Under the pieces are notes generated by a model. The model was given only the letters and a program-made list of their open reading frames with translations, did no database searches and was not told the origin of the DNA. From Raillietiella orientalis (Eukaryota), in NCBI GenBank assembly GCA_036172245.1, contig JAYWIR010000001.1:9672001-9736000 (forward strand): DNA of 64,000 nucleotides, read 5' to 3'. The position numbers and the translations under genes are program-made. Of this stretch, positions 52,301 through 64,000 are shown in pieces. The first letter of the stretch is position 1; each line of letters starts with the position of its first letter.

Positions 52301-54807
52301 TTATTTCCAACTGTTAATACATGCTAATATTTCATCATCACGAGAAGGACGTGAGTAATACGGTTCTTTTGCTACCGGATTACAAACCTAGAAATACATG
52401 ATAATACTCTGATGCTCTTACATGCATGAGCATACTTTTCTGTTGATTGCATCTGTTTGCCATTTCCACTGAGTATTGTACAAAAATGGCCGGTGATCAC
52501 TTCGACTGTCATCTGATCCCCATGGGTTAGCATAACATGCAGGAGTCAAAGTGGTCATCTTGTGTCGATTAATAGCATAACGGCGATAAAAGTGCATAAC
52601 TTTTTCTGCAATTTCCTCTGGCGAATGTTTGGCTGCCCACTCATTTAAAAGTAATAGAAAAGTGCTGTATGGACCATAATGCAACTTGGAACGTAGCTTG
52701 GCATACAATTGCAATTCACAATAGCTAATCCCCATGTCTTCTTCATCTGTTTGTTCTGACTGTCCTGCGACTGTAGGCTGTAATTCTGCTGATGGAACTG
52801 CACTCTCTATAGCAGCCACTGATAGTATGCCATGTTCAACTCTCATGTGCTGTAAAAACATGAAGATATGAGCCTTGGTCAGGCCACCAATGGGATTGAT
52901 GTCAGCACTGGAGCAATCATACTTGGTCATATAACCAGAAAGGGCTTCATCTGCATTGGCAGATCCTAATACCAAGAGATTTCTCGGATGTCCTTTCGCC
53001 CATAGCATTAACTGGGCAAATAAATATGACAGAACCATACGTAGTCGAGCTTGAATATTCTGTAATGCAAGGTTTTCTTGCAATGTTCCTCCATATACTT
53101 GAAAACGGGGAATTAATGCAGTGACACCTTGGAACACATTCAGAGCTGCTGCCACAAGAGTATCAATGCACACATTAAAGTGGTAAGAGCCCACATCACA
53201 AGCCAAATGCAAGGCATGTTCTTGAGACTTTGCAGATGAATGACAACTGCCCATATAACATGTGAATAAGATTTTCTTGCACAGCTCCTTGGCTTCTGTG
53301 GGAACAAACTTTGGATCCTGTAAAAGATCACGCAATTCTTCAAGAAGCACCATATTTCCTGACTGGATAGCTTTCACTAACCGTCTACACATGGAAAATA
53401 CCAAGCAAGCTACAGTGGCAGAATCAGCTCCCCCACTTAAGGGAAGGAAAAAGCCTCCCTGTTTGCTGCGTCTGGAACTACTATAAGCAATGATGATCCT
53501 ACAGTGCACATACCTGAGATAGTCCCAGAGCCAGCTACTTAATGCTAATTCAATTTCCTGAGCTGAACTAAGTTTAGGGATGGGAATATATGTTGATGAC
53601 TGAGTATGATTGCTGTCAGGCAAATCAATTTGTATAGTGTGATGAGGCATCCTCTTTTCTTGCTGGACAGAGTGATGCCTTTGTGACTGACAACAATACT
53701 CACTAATTGTTTCCAGGTTTACTTCTGCTACAACAACCTCCTAAGAAGAATCTCCGATTGTTATGTGATTTCTGTTACTCACTACATCTTGAAGATTATA
53801 CGGTGGAAGGTGGGCCACAATGTCTCCATTTATCATTACAAATGCACCACCTTTAAAAAAAACTCGCTGCCCATCACAGCCTTTCAAGTTAGAATGTATA
53901 TAGCAGCCTCCTCCTGAAGTACTATTCACATAACAGATTTGATCAACTTGCAAAGTCTGATTCAGTTCAAATGGAGAGGCTGAGCTGTTTACAATGATAT
54001 CTACATCCTCTGAATATTTATTGCTACATTTTATGAAATTCAATCCTTATCCTTGAAAACACTTCACTTACTGATGAGAAACCCAGATTTCTGTACTCAT
54101 TACAAATTCCATGCAAAATCCTGGATCTCCTAAGTTTTCCAAAATTACATCTCCAAATGGAACTGAATTTTGACCTGTGTAAACACGCACATTCTCTGGC
54201 AGCAAATAAGAAGCACCACCAGCTGGCTAATACGAAAACATGAAACATGACACTAACATTCTATAGAACCTGTGTCCAAGCAGTAAACCATCTATTCTCT
54301 TGAAAGCACCCATCACATCTTAAGACCTTCTTTGGACGAATCAGCAATATGGTACTTAAGAGTACATTAAAGCTTTGTAGAAATCTTTTTACCGATTATG
54401 GAAGATCACTCGGCATATGTAAGCTTGATTTTGATATAGAATTGGCATGCCAACATCAATCAACAAATTCCTACAAGTGTGTGTATCCATTAGGGCCAAA
54501 ACAACTTCCCAAGAATGAAGATATGTGTCTTTTTCGAAAAAATGATCTTCACAACTGTAGCCGCTGGAAATATTGATTTAAAAAGGTATTTATGGCAATC
54601 ACATCAAATCAAATCGCAAGAATTGCCATGAAAACCGGGGAAAAATGAAATTTCAAAATACCAAATCTCTAATTCTGGTCCTGTTCGAAACTGAGCACCT
54701 TTCTGTTTTGCTTCTTCAATGCTCCTTAAAATCCTATGAAAATTCCCATGAAAATCAAGGGCCCATTGATTTAGGCTGCAGGCAGCAACATAAAAAAGCT
54801 TCCTCAT
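52301..54807 (-). CDS. NADSYN1: NAD(+) synthetase, NADSYN1/Qns1 family (nitrilase-like glutaminase domain, divergent, plus intact synthetase domain), 8 coding exons
   Basis: Exons 54662-54807, 54393-54563, 54270-54354, 54072-54226, 53783-54023, 53514-53740, 52436-53471, 52301-52387. Peptides [124 protein letters not shown]. The last short exon is less certain (unspliced read-through stops at 52418). Confidence 0.95.
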
Positions 54808-57800
54808 TGTAATGTAGACTTTTGGTCTATAAGCTCGTGCCCCAGTCTTTGATCCGCTACATTGATCAAGCAAAGTAAATACATCTGCAAGCTGTGTACG
54901 GAAGACGAACGCCTGTCCTACCCAAATGTCCTACCCCAATTATGAAAGCATAATTTCAGATTATGATTTCATACTTCCTTTATATACAATTATAATCCTA
55001 CTTGAACATTAATGAAACCATGTTCATGTAATGTATCTAAGTTTCGAGTAAAGATATCCCTAGACAACAAGACTTAAAATCAAATGTTATAATTTCGGTG
55101 GTACAGATACTACAATTTAATGCTACCTACTCTCCAGAGCAAGTTAATAAAGCAATTCTTATAACAAATTTGATCCAACCATCTCTGTCTAATTCAAAAC
55201 TCTCAAATCGGGAGCCAAAATTAATGCAATACTAAGTACTACATCAGTTTTGACACAAAATACTCATGCTCTTTTAGCCATTTTTCCACAACGATTTGTT
55301 TAGTCATAAAAATGATTTCAATTTAAAATACATATAATTTTAGTTTAAATAATTTTTGAAGTTTTGAAACGGAAAGACCAAGTCGAGTCATTTATAGAAA
55401 CCTAAAGGACTCATACTGCCGACTCATAATGCCAAGCTTTGGTTTTCTTCAATTTGGGCACCCCAATTCCATGTGTAGTACTTAGAATTATGGACAAAAC
55501 ATGAACATAAGAGGCAATGATAAGGAATATCTATTCACATATATAAATAGGTTTTTTTTTTTTTTTGGAGAGCATCCTTTAATAGCTTCCCATTCGGAAA
55601 TATTTTCTGAGCTTCGTTTCTACGAATTATACGTCATTCACTAATTGCAAGCAGGGTTGCCAACACAAGTTAGTGGAATCCCGCTCGATGGCATTCAAAA
55701 CCCTGCGATTTTCCAACAATTAATCTCCAGATTTTGATACTTAGTAATTCATTATTATTGTTATTAAATCATTTAATGTCATTTAATCTTCATATTCAAT
55801 AGTATAAAAATAAAATGCAAACTAACAAATCATCGTTGATCACGTGAAATCTATGTTATTAAGCTACTGCTGCAATTGTTCGATACGTTTGTAAGGAGAG
55901 CGCCGCACCGCCGCTCTTATTACCTACAGCTAAAAGAAAAGGTTAGAACAGTCTGTAAACTTATTGCCGCTACACTGCAGGAACCACAATTTAAATATCA
56001 AAATATTTTAATGGCAAGGAAGTCGTTTTCCTCGAAAATCTTTATCAGCAATGCAATAATCATTAATGTGACTTCATATCTGCCAGGATTAAAACATGGA
56101 TGGATAAAATATCCGGAATTTTATTTAAGAGTATTTAAAACATCCACAATTGAAAATTTTCTGTGTAACCATGAAAAACCCGTAAATTTCGGGGATCACG
56201 ATTTAAAAACAGCTAGAATTCCCGCGTAGTGGGATAAAATGCTTTTTGCCGTGAGATGGGTATTCCAAAAACCTCTAAATCGGCAATCACTTTGCAATTT
56301 TCGGTGATTGCTTTACAACAGATGAGTACAAAACTAAAGCATTCGGTCTGAAGTTTTGACTACTATTAATAATCTACTAATTACACTAACTACATGCACG
56401 ATTTGCGATTAATTTCAGTCTTGCATTTGTTTAATTCTCCATAAATATAGAGAAATCCATCTATTCAATGACGCAGTTCACTCTTTTAAAGTACAGTAGA
56501 ACAAAAGTGTTAAACAAAAATCTTTACCCTAATTTCCAGCAAGCTACAAAAGAAAAGATTTGCATCAAAGCTTATCTAATATATGTATCCAGTTATGTAA
56601 TTATAGAAACTTTTTTCTACCTTGATTCAGGGTCTGTAATAACAAAATCTTGATTAAATGGGGAAATGAAATGAATCTAAATTTGAATTTATTTTACAAT
56701 TTCTGTCAAATAATTATTCAGCATACTCATGAGTCCGTCCGTATGTTCGACTGAATACTTCCAAAAGACCGTTGATATTCTTCTTTATAGCTTGTTAATC
56801 TTTATAGCCTCAAAATTATTTATAGCTTGTTAATATTATTCCTCTTAACTTCTAATTCTGAAAACATGTTTGCTAATGGAAACAGTATCACCCTTTCTAC
56901 CATCAACACTGCAATTCGAAATTTTTTCTATAGTTACACATTACTATTCTTCCTTTCACTGAAAAACAAAACAAGTCAAAGAATCGTTTGCTATTGCTGG
57001 AATCTATTTCGTAATGCATTCTAATGTTTTTAATTATCCAGTTTCTCGTAGTATTTACAGAATCATGCCAATGCATTATCATCGTATTATTATTATATTA
57101 TCTACTTAATATTATTATATCAACGGTATTCACTTGAAGAATGTGACTGTAGATATCATATCAAATCATTTTTATTTGTTTATACCCCTAACTAAAGTGT
57201 GATCAAAAAGAATGTAAAAAGTGAACTACCTCCTTGTGTTCTTGTAATCACTATATTTAGATTGTTGATCTCCAATCATATTTCATGTCTTCATTCTCTT
57301 AGTCCTCAATATAGTTTAAGAGTTTACTAATTCGCTCATGTAAAATATTTATGGTTTGTTGAGCAACCCAGTTTTGGCAGCGTGTCGCATTTTCCGGTCA
57401 ATATGAGAAAAAGTCTCATTCAGTGGTGCTTCTAAGTGTCCATAGAAGTTCTCCGGCAGCTGCCTTATTCACCAGAGCTCATATTAGAATGACTGACATT
57501 TCTTTGATGGACAGTTAGTTTCCTCAGAAGAGCGTATGTTTTCGTTTAGCAACAGATCATGAGTTTTGGAAAATCGTTTGTAACTGATGCTTTACCATTA
57601 CTGCAGATGATCGTGCAGTTTCGCAATGAGTTTTCCTTGTTATCGGATACTTATCTGTAACTCTGTGATTGCGGTCATTTGTGTGTACAGAGAATTCTTT
57701 GTAGAAATAATTCAGTCTATAATTCTGTTCTCACTGGCAAGTGCACAATGGTAATTAATTTGCGAATATTTGCTTATTTCGTTTCGTAGTACTAAAGTAG

Positions 57801-58074
57801 TCCAACTTTATTTTTTACTACCCAGGTGTGCCTCCCAACAGCTTGTCGAAAAAGATGGTACATGAGTGCTGTTTCCTCTTTCTCAATATTTAAAGCGTAT
57901 TCTGTTTATTATCACAATTATCTTAGAATACCTAATTCTTTAATGGCACTCTCCACACGAGGATTCTTGAGAGCAAATTGATTCGATTTGCTCCTTGACA
58001 ACCTTTTAGTAGCCATTTTCAATAATAAATGTACTAGATTGAAAAATCATCTCTCTATTTGTTCGACACAATTC

Positions 58075-58205
58075 TTTAGGGTTTCTCTGAACAGGAAACA
58101 GGTATTTATTTAATAACATTGAAAAGCAATCTCCAAGCTCCAAATAAGTGTGGTTTGGCTTTGCAGATCGTTTTAAAAGCCAATTAATGGGAAAGCTTTC
58201 GAAGT
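58075..58205 (-). mobile_element. Highly decayed Helitron/PIF1-type helicase C-terminal remnant
   Basis: Across frameshifts the minus strand gives FPI.LAF.KTI.KA, then DCFS, then VSCS..KP, colinear with the Helitron helicase motif QFPIRLAFAMTINKAQ...CFSHGQLYVACSRVGKP. Confidence 0.4.
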
Positions 58206-58549
58206 CTCGTATCTGTCACATTCCCTAATTACTGTTATTATCTATTTTGCAAGCTCATGTGTTTCAATGTAAAGCAGAGATAAGTGCTTATATTTCATCC
58301 CTGTTTGAGAATTTGCCCACATGGCATACTTATTTCTTAAGAGTTGAATATTTATCATCAAATGCAACATAGATGAACACAAAAACTGATGTAACTCTTT
58401 TTTCGTTATTTACTTTGCTAGTTGAACAGTCCCTCAGATCCGTACAACAAATTCTTTGGATCGCCATTGATTTTTATATTTATAGCAGGTTCATTTTTTT
58501 TTACTTTGATTGTATAGCATGCATTTTAATTTCTGTAGAGTCTCTGTAG

Positions 58550-58615
58550 CAGTGCTTCGCAACGTGGGCGGCACCGCCCACCCCGTGGTGGGCGCTGGAA
58601 CGATTCAGGGGGACG
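58550..58615 (+). mobile_element. Second 5' end of the same hAT MITE family
   Basis: cagtgcttcgcaacgtgggcggcacc...ctggaacgattcagggggac aligns with 59102-59175 (shared ctggaacgattcaggggga). Confidence 0.65.
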
Positions 58616-59101
58616 ACAGTGGCCTCAAGTGCAATTGAATGAAGGGGAAAATTGAATAGAAATAGAGGGGCGGTGAAAGAATAAAGAAAGAGGAGAAGAT
58701 GAGGAAATTTAAAAAAACCGTACGCACAAGTTTCATGTGTTATGTGCAACATGGGAAGTCGTAGTTGGGTTAGGCACTTTGTTTCCCAAATAAACGCACA
58801 AAATGCAAGTTGAAATCGATTCGTGGTCAAGTCTGCCGACGGGTCTCATCGAGAAAATGTTGACAGACGAGCGTGTTGCGCATTTCCGGAAAATTTGTTT
58901 TTCCAGTATGCACCTGCAGGAATATGTGCGTGTAATTACTTGTAAACAAGTAATTGCACGCATTCATACCATTAATAGGCGAAATTGTGAAATCAAATTC
59001 ATATTGCTTCTGAACTGTGTGAGAAGCAGTTAAAAATAGTTTAAGTGCATTAATTTTTAAAATATTTTTGATAAAAGAGCAAGTTACACGCGAGTAAATA
59101 T

Positions 59102-59234
59102 CAGTGCTTCCCAAAGTGGGAGGTACCACTCCCAGGTGGGTACTGGAACGTCCCCCTGGAACGATTCAGGGGGATGCTGAGTAATCTTTTATCTGAAAGA
59201 GGGGCGGTAGGCCAAATAAGTTTGGGAAGCACTG
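59102..59234. mobile_element. hAT (Buster/Charlie-like) MITE, 133 bp
   Basis: Perfect 14-bp TIRs cagtgcttcccaaa (59102-59115) and tttgggaagcactg (59221-59234), resembling CAGTGGTTCCCAAA-type hAT ends. No matching 8-bp TSD found. Confidence 0.75.
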
Positions 59235-62058
59235 CTTACAATCGTACAGTCTCCTTCCCTTAAGCTTTGTAGGCTTTATGCGATGAAATTGGATTTCCCA
59301 GAATCTCGAAGCATACTACTACAAATGTTGCTCTTCAGCTATTTCCCAGTTGTATAAATTGTTTTTTCCTTATTCGTTGATGATTTATCAATTATTTTTT
59401 AAAATAATTTTTGAAAGCCTGGAAAAGACTGGATTTCTTTCCTGAACCACCTTTTTCTGATGTGTTAGATGTATTCCCTGGTGCTTTCTTCCTTTTTTTG
59501 ATCAAGAATGATTCAAATGACAATATTTTTATTGCTCCATCGACTTCTTGGTTTATATTTCCGGATATGGTTGTCTTACTGCTATTCTCTCGCTTTAACG
59601 TAATCCATAACCGAGTAAGTATTGCAAGGTATAAAGACCACATAGTAACTGTATCAAGGATATGTTTCCTTAGTGGCATCATTCAAAATCCTAGCAACTG
59701 CAAACATCGCAAAAGCCTTGAAACACACTGTGTGACGGTGGGCGAAAGACGCTACTTTGAGATTACGATTCCTCTAACTATAAACGCAACCCGCCGATCG
59801 CGGTTTAAGATGTGCCAGGGTGGCGACATAACGTGCTCGACTGCTGACCAGCCCACGTCTGAAGCAGTGGTGCCAACTACATTTTTAGTTTCGGAAGTAC
59901 TGCAAGATACAAGTCGCAAAGCATTGATTTTCATCGACAGACTTTCGTATACTTGCACTCTGTCTGTGGATAGACATTTCGAAGTTCATTAATTCTCGTT
60001 ATTAATTCTACTTTGTTCTCATAGAACAAACTCATATAGTTCTCGTAAAGTTTTTGTTTGCTTTTGATTACAGTAGAGCATCCATTGCTCTAGCGGGAAG
60101 TACTTCGTTGTGCGTTCATTATAAGTTTAAAAGATTGCCACGTTTTGAATTTCATTAAAGAGAATTATTCACAATACTGACTATTAACGAATTTTTTTAC
60201 TGTGCAACGATAGCGAAAGTGAATTCAGTATTTTTTTTCTTAAAAACAGGCTTCTTTACTCATCCATTTGATGAATATCACTTAAATGGTTTTGTGGGTT
60301 ATTCTTGAATACGGAACAATCTAAGCCTTAGTATGGTGACTTTATAATGTGATGCCATGGGAAATATCTACATGCACATACATAGATATATCTGTATACT
60401 TGTTGTGTACACTGACTGCTACATCCAGAAATGTAATAAAATCTCTTAATGTGAGTATACTCCAGCTTTAAACCTGTGTGTTTAGTTTTGTAAAGTGCTA
60501 ATTGTTAACCATTTTAACAGCCCAAAAATCTGAAATTGAAGACAGTTTTGGAAAATTGTGTGTTCACAAACAAGGTACTTGCAGCATGGAGTCATACACA
60601 TGGTATAGGAATAGGTGCTTCTAACACTCTGTAACAGTAACACCATATTAAAGCTTAAACCGTAAAACATGTATTTAGTACAACAGCATTTTTTTTTTGT
60701 GCACCAAAAGACAATTGTAAGCATTTATGTTTACTTCATTAAGCAATATGTTACCTTATCATTTCTTAAAGGTATATAACATGCTTTCTTTCATTTTGAA
60801 TCTTAAAGAAGCTTAATACTCAAAGAAGTAAGTAACAACACCGAATTTTACTTCCAATACTCTGAAAGACCACATCAGAACTGCACTGAATTCTGTTCAT
60901 AACCCAATGGTTAGTACTCATTACATAAGCATTTTAATCCACTATAGTTAATTTATTTTTTAAAAACTTGAAATTCTGAGCATGTACTCTGATTTCTAGT
61001 GACCTCAGTTGGTGTGCTTCTATCAACAAATCTGCCCACAGTTTCCTGGAAGGTTTTACTGCATTATTATTTGGTTTAAACACCCTTTGTAATTTAGAAG
61101 ATATAATTTAAATCCTTTGAATTGGTAACCAGGTGAAAGGTTTGAATATCGACTTTTTTCATTCTTCACATCTCATTGCATAAGTTTTGCTCAAAAACTT
61201 CTTTGTCCATGAAATGTGACTAGCAAGCAAAGCAATACAACAGTGTATAAAACTGAAAAAGGCAATGCAAACATTTTGCTTTAGCACAAATCTAAAAATA
61301 ATGAATTTTTTTTTAAATACGTTATGAAATCTTTCATGTTTTTTTAATATCAATATAGTTTAGAATCATGCAATGCCCAACAAATTAAAAGTAAATATTT
61401 GAGTGAATACAAAACACATGGTGACTATGCATCTTAATTAGTCTGCAAATTAATTGAATATAGAAACATACATTATCCCTCAAAATTTGCAATCTTGCTC
61501 TGTCCTTTTTGCTGTATTCTAGAGATGAATGATTTTATCTGTACACTAAATAGCATGCATAAAAAGTACACTGCTCTCAAGTCTGTTAAAAAGTGATTAC
61601 TGAATTGTAAAATTACTTCATGTAATGAGACCATTTGCAATAACATTATTCAGCTTTAGATAACCATAAATCTCTGAAGGCAAGAAATGCACAGCAAAGT
61701 ATGCTGTGATCAGTAGAAATGAATTACGGAGCTAAGTAAATAAATTCGTTCTCAAATACAATAAAAATATCGTGAAATAAAAATGACAATTAGGTTACCT
61801 TACTGTGCTGCCCAACAAGGTAGTCACATCCATCTCTGCTAAAAATGGGCTTCTGCACATTTTATACTAGACAATTCAAATAAATTGAAGTTGTATTAAT
61901 TCTTTTTATTAACCATTCCAGCAATTAAGAGGAATGTCTGTTTCTATTAATTTCGAATACAAGCAATTCAGACTAGGCAGAATAATTATATGAAGATTAG
62001 ACCATAGTTATACAATATCCTGAATGAAAAGCACTCGGTTTGATAAAGTCTGCTGGCA

Positions 62059-62592
62059 TCACACATAGGTCACCCAATTACTTCCATCTTCTGGACCAAG
62101 GTAACCACATATGAGTAACACTATGTCTGTAATCCACCATATTCCTAATCCACCAAGAGTTAACAATTTGCCCACAGCCATGCCTGTATATCCAAGACAA
62201 AATCTGTCCATGCCCAAGAATCCCATTAAGAGACTATACAACAAGGTTGTTGTAAACAGATGACCTGTATATCGTATGCATGGTATACCATCCTTGAAAA
62301 ATGTGCGGGGCCCGAAGCACTCAATATTTGGCAAAACTGTACATTTTACCGATGTATGTTCAACTTCATGATACTTTTGACCTCCAAATTTCACACAACC
62401 ATAATTAAGTTGTTCACGTAAAGTTTCATTTCCATGAAGATCTTCGGGTTCATCACAATCAAGAAATTCCAAAGGTAGGAAGGAGCAGTTCACTAAGGCG
62501 GAATGGGGCTCGTAAACTGCTCCACAACTTTCATTGAAGCAAGGCTGTTTTGCCAGTACTGTGCAGACAAAACTTAACAATAGAATATACAT
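62059..62592 (-). CDS. TM2D2: TM2 domain-containing protein 2 (intronless CDS, signal peptide plus Cys-rich ectodomain plus TM2 domain)
   Basis: 177-aa ORF: hydrophobic N-terminus, [90 protein letters not shown] and KFGGQ fit the TM2D2 subfamily. Confidence 0.94.
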   Translation of the reverse strand: MYILLLSFVCTVLAKQPCFNESCGAVYEPHSALVNCSFLPLEFLDCDEPEDLHGNETLREQLNYGCVKFGGQKYHEVEHTSVKCTVLPNIECFGPRTFFKDGIPCIRYTGHLFTTTLLYSLLMGFLGMDRFCLGYTGMAVGKLLTLGGLGIWWITDIVLLICGYLGPEDGSNWVTYV

Positions 62593-64000
62593 ATAAAGGG
62601 AATTCCTTTCCTATGATACAAAGATATTTCACGAAACAAGCAGGCCTATCAACACATCCAATTTAACGAGGTTGCCTGAACGGTTTCCGTTTCTCCTAAG
62701 TGCTCACGTTAGATGCACGTCCTCGGAGATAACGTGTTTTCATTACTTCTAAACATCCCTTTTGCTGAAAAACATTATGCATTTCTTACTCTTACCTGCT
62801 GCGATGCTTGTAAACTGCTGCATTGCACCTAGCAGGGGTACGTTTCAGAAAATCACCACTGAACAGCCACATCTCGGGTGCAGCAACTTCTTCCCGTGCA
62901 CGTCAACAGCCCCGCGCACTTCTGCCAAACTTTTTCTCTTAAGACTATCCACTCCACCCCAATGGGCTGCAGTGCCGTTTTGCCTTCAGCAGCAAGGTAA
63001 ACCACGAAAACTTGAAAAATAAAAACCCTGTTTTCAAATGATTTTCTCTGAGCGTGTTTTTCTGGGGGGGGGGGAGGAGGAAATCGTTTTGAAAAGATAA
63101 TGGGAGTGCTTAGGCTTTACCAAGCCCGAGCTCTGATGGTTTGGCACATTCTTAGAATCACTGGGATCTTAGCAATTTATCTACTGCTCCAGTTTTTTGT
63201 TTTTTTCCTTCTTTTGCACATACATTGAAAATGCACAGTTGTGCTAGTGCCACAGAAGACATGAATTCGGTATGCTTAAGTTTTCGGGGCAATGACATGT
63301 TTCAAGCTAGAAAAGCAAGAAAAGTTTGATGTGTATTTATAAATGTAAACCGTCCAAGAGGGATTTCAAAGTAATCCCTAGTGCAAATAAATCCAGCAAT
63401 ACATTTTCCGTGTAACTATCTAATTCACTTTTACGCAGCGTTTGTTTATTCAGTTGGTTTAGCTTGCTGGCTTTATGAACAGCATCATTCAAAAACATTT
63501 CTTGATGTGCATGATACTCTAACGGTGATTAGCTATAACAGCTGCAATAGTTCATCCCTATTGCAAACCTTCCAATGTTCTCTTCAGAGTAAGTTAACCT
63601 GAAATCAATTAATCCGCACAGAGTACACTATGATTCATCGGAATGACAGAGGAAACAGGATTCATGTAAATTGTCCACGAAATATAAGGTCGGAAATGTG
63701 GAAAAGATGCCTTTATTCCTTAAATGCCTTTTTAATCCCATGATTTACAAGTTCAATAAGTTGCAGCACAAAATGATCAAAACCTTATATTGTCATCCAA
63801 ATACGCACCACTTGGAATCCGAACTGAGTAATAGTAGAAAAAAATACATTCCGAGAAACAAATCGCTTGATGCAATGTTTCTTGCTGCATTTATTGATTG
63901 TCATTATTTCCTTTGTTTTTAAAACTCACATCTTCAAAAGTGGCATAGATGTAGTAAAGCATTCTTTATCACTGATTTTAAAACAAGTCAAATTGGAAAT

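Noticed and set aside
55652-56292. Possible MITE bounded by cagggttgcc and ggcaatcact
   Set aside because: Inverted match is only ~9 nt and imperfect, with no TSD or second copy.

Overview
Eukaryotic (animal) genomic DNA, not prokaryotic. The NALCN protein is arthropod-type (N-terminus MLGHKLSIRPEPVLADYGP, DIII pore VLSFKGW); species cannot be assigned from sequence alone. The window has two compositional domains: GC-rich and CpG-rich at 1 to ~23.3 kb, and AT-rich from ~23.3 to 64 kb. Six intron/exon models were built by hand, all on the minus strand: NALCN (27 coding exons, 14119-26669, straddling the GC boundary), ADRM1/Rpn13, a UIF/FYTTD1-like export adaptor, GFER/Erv1, NADSYN1 and TM2D2. 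The first 14 kb holds decayed non-LTR retrotransposon fragments, tRNA-derived SINE-like heads, a MITE-like element and long GA-rich tracts; its many long ORFs look spurious. Most notable: a NAD synthetase whose glutaminase domain lacks the in-frame catalytic Cys; a sharp GC boundary inside NALCN intron 1; recurrent 38-48 nt introns; a GC-AG intron. All exon coordinates and counts are hand-derived and need RNA-seq or alignment confirmation.
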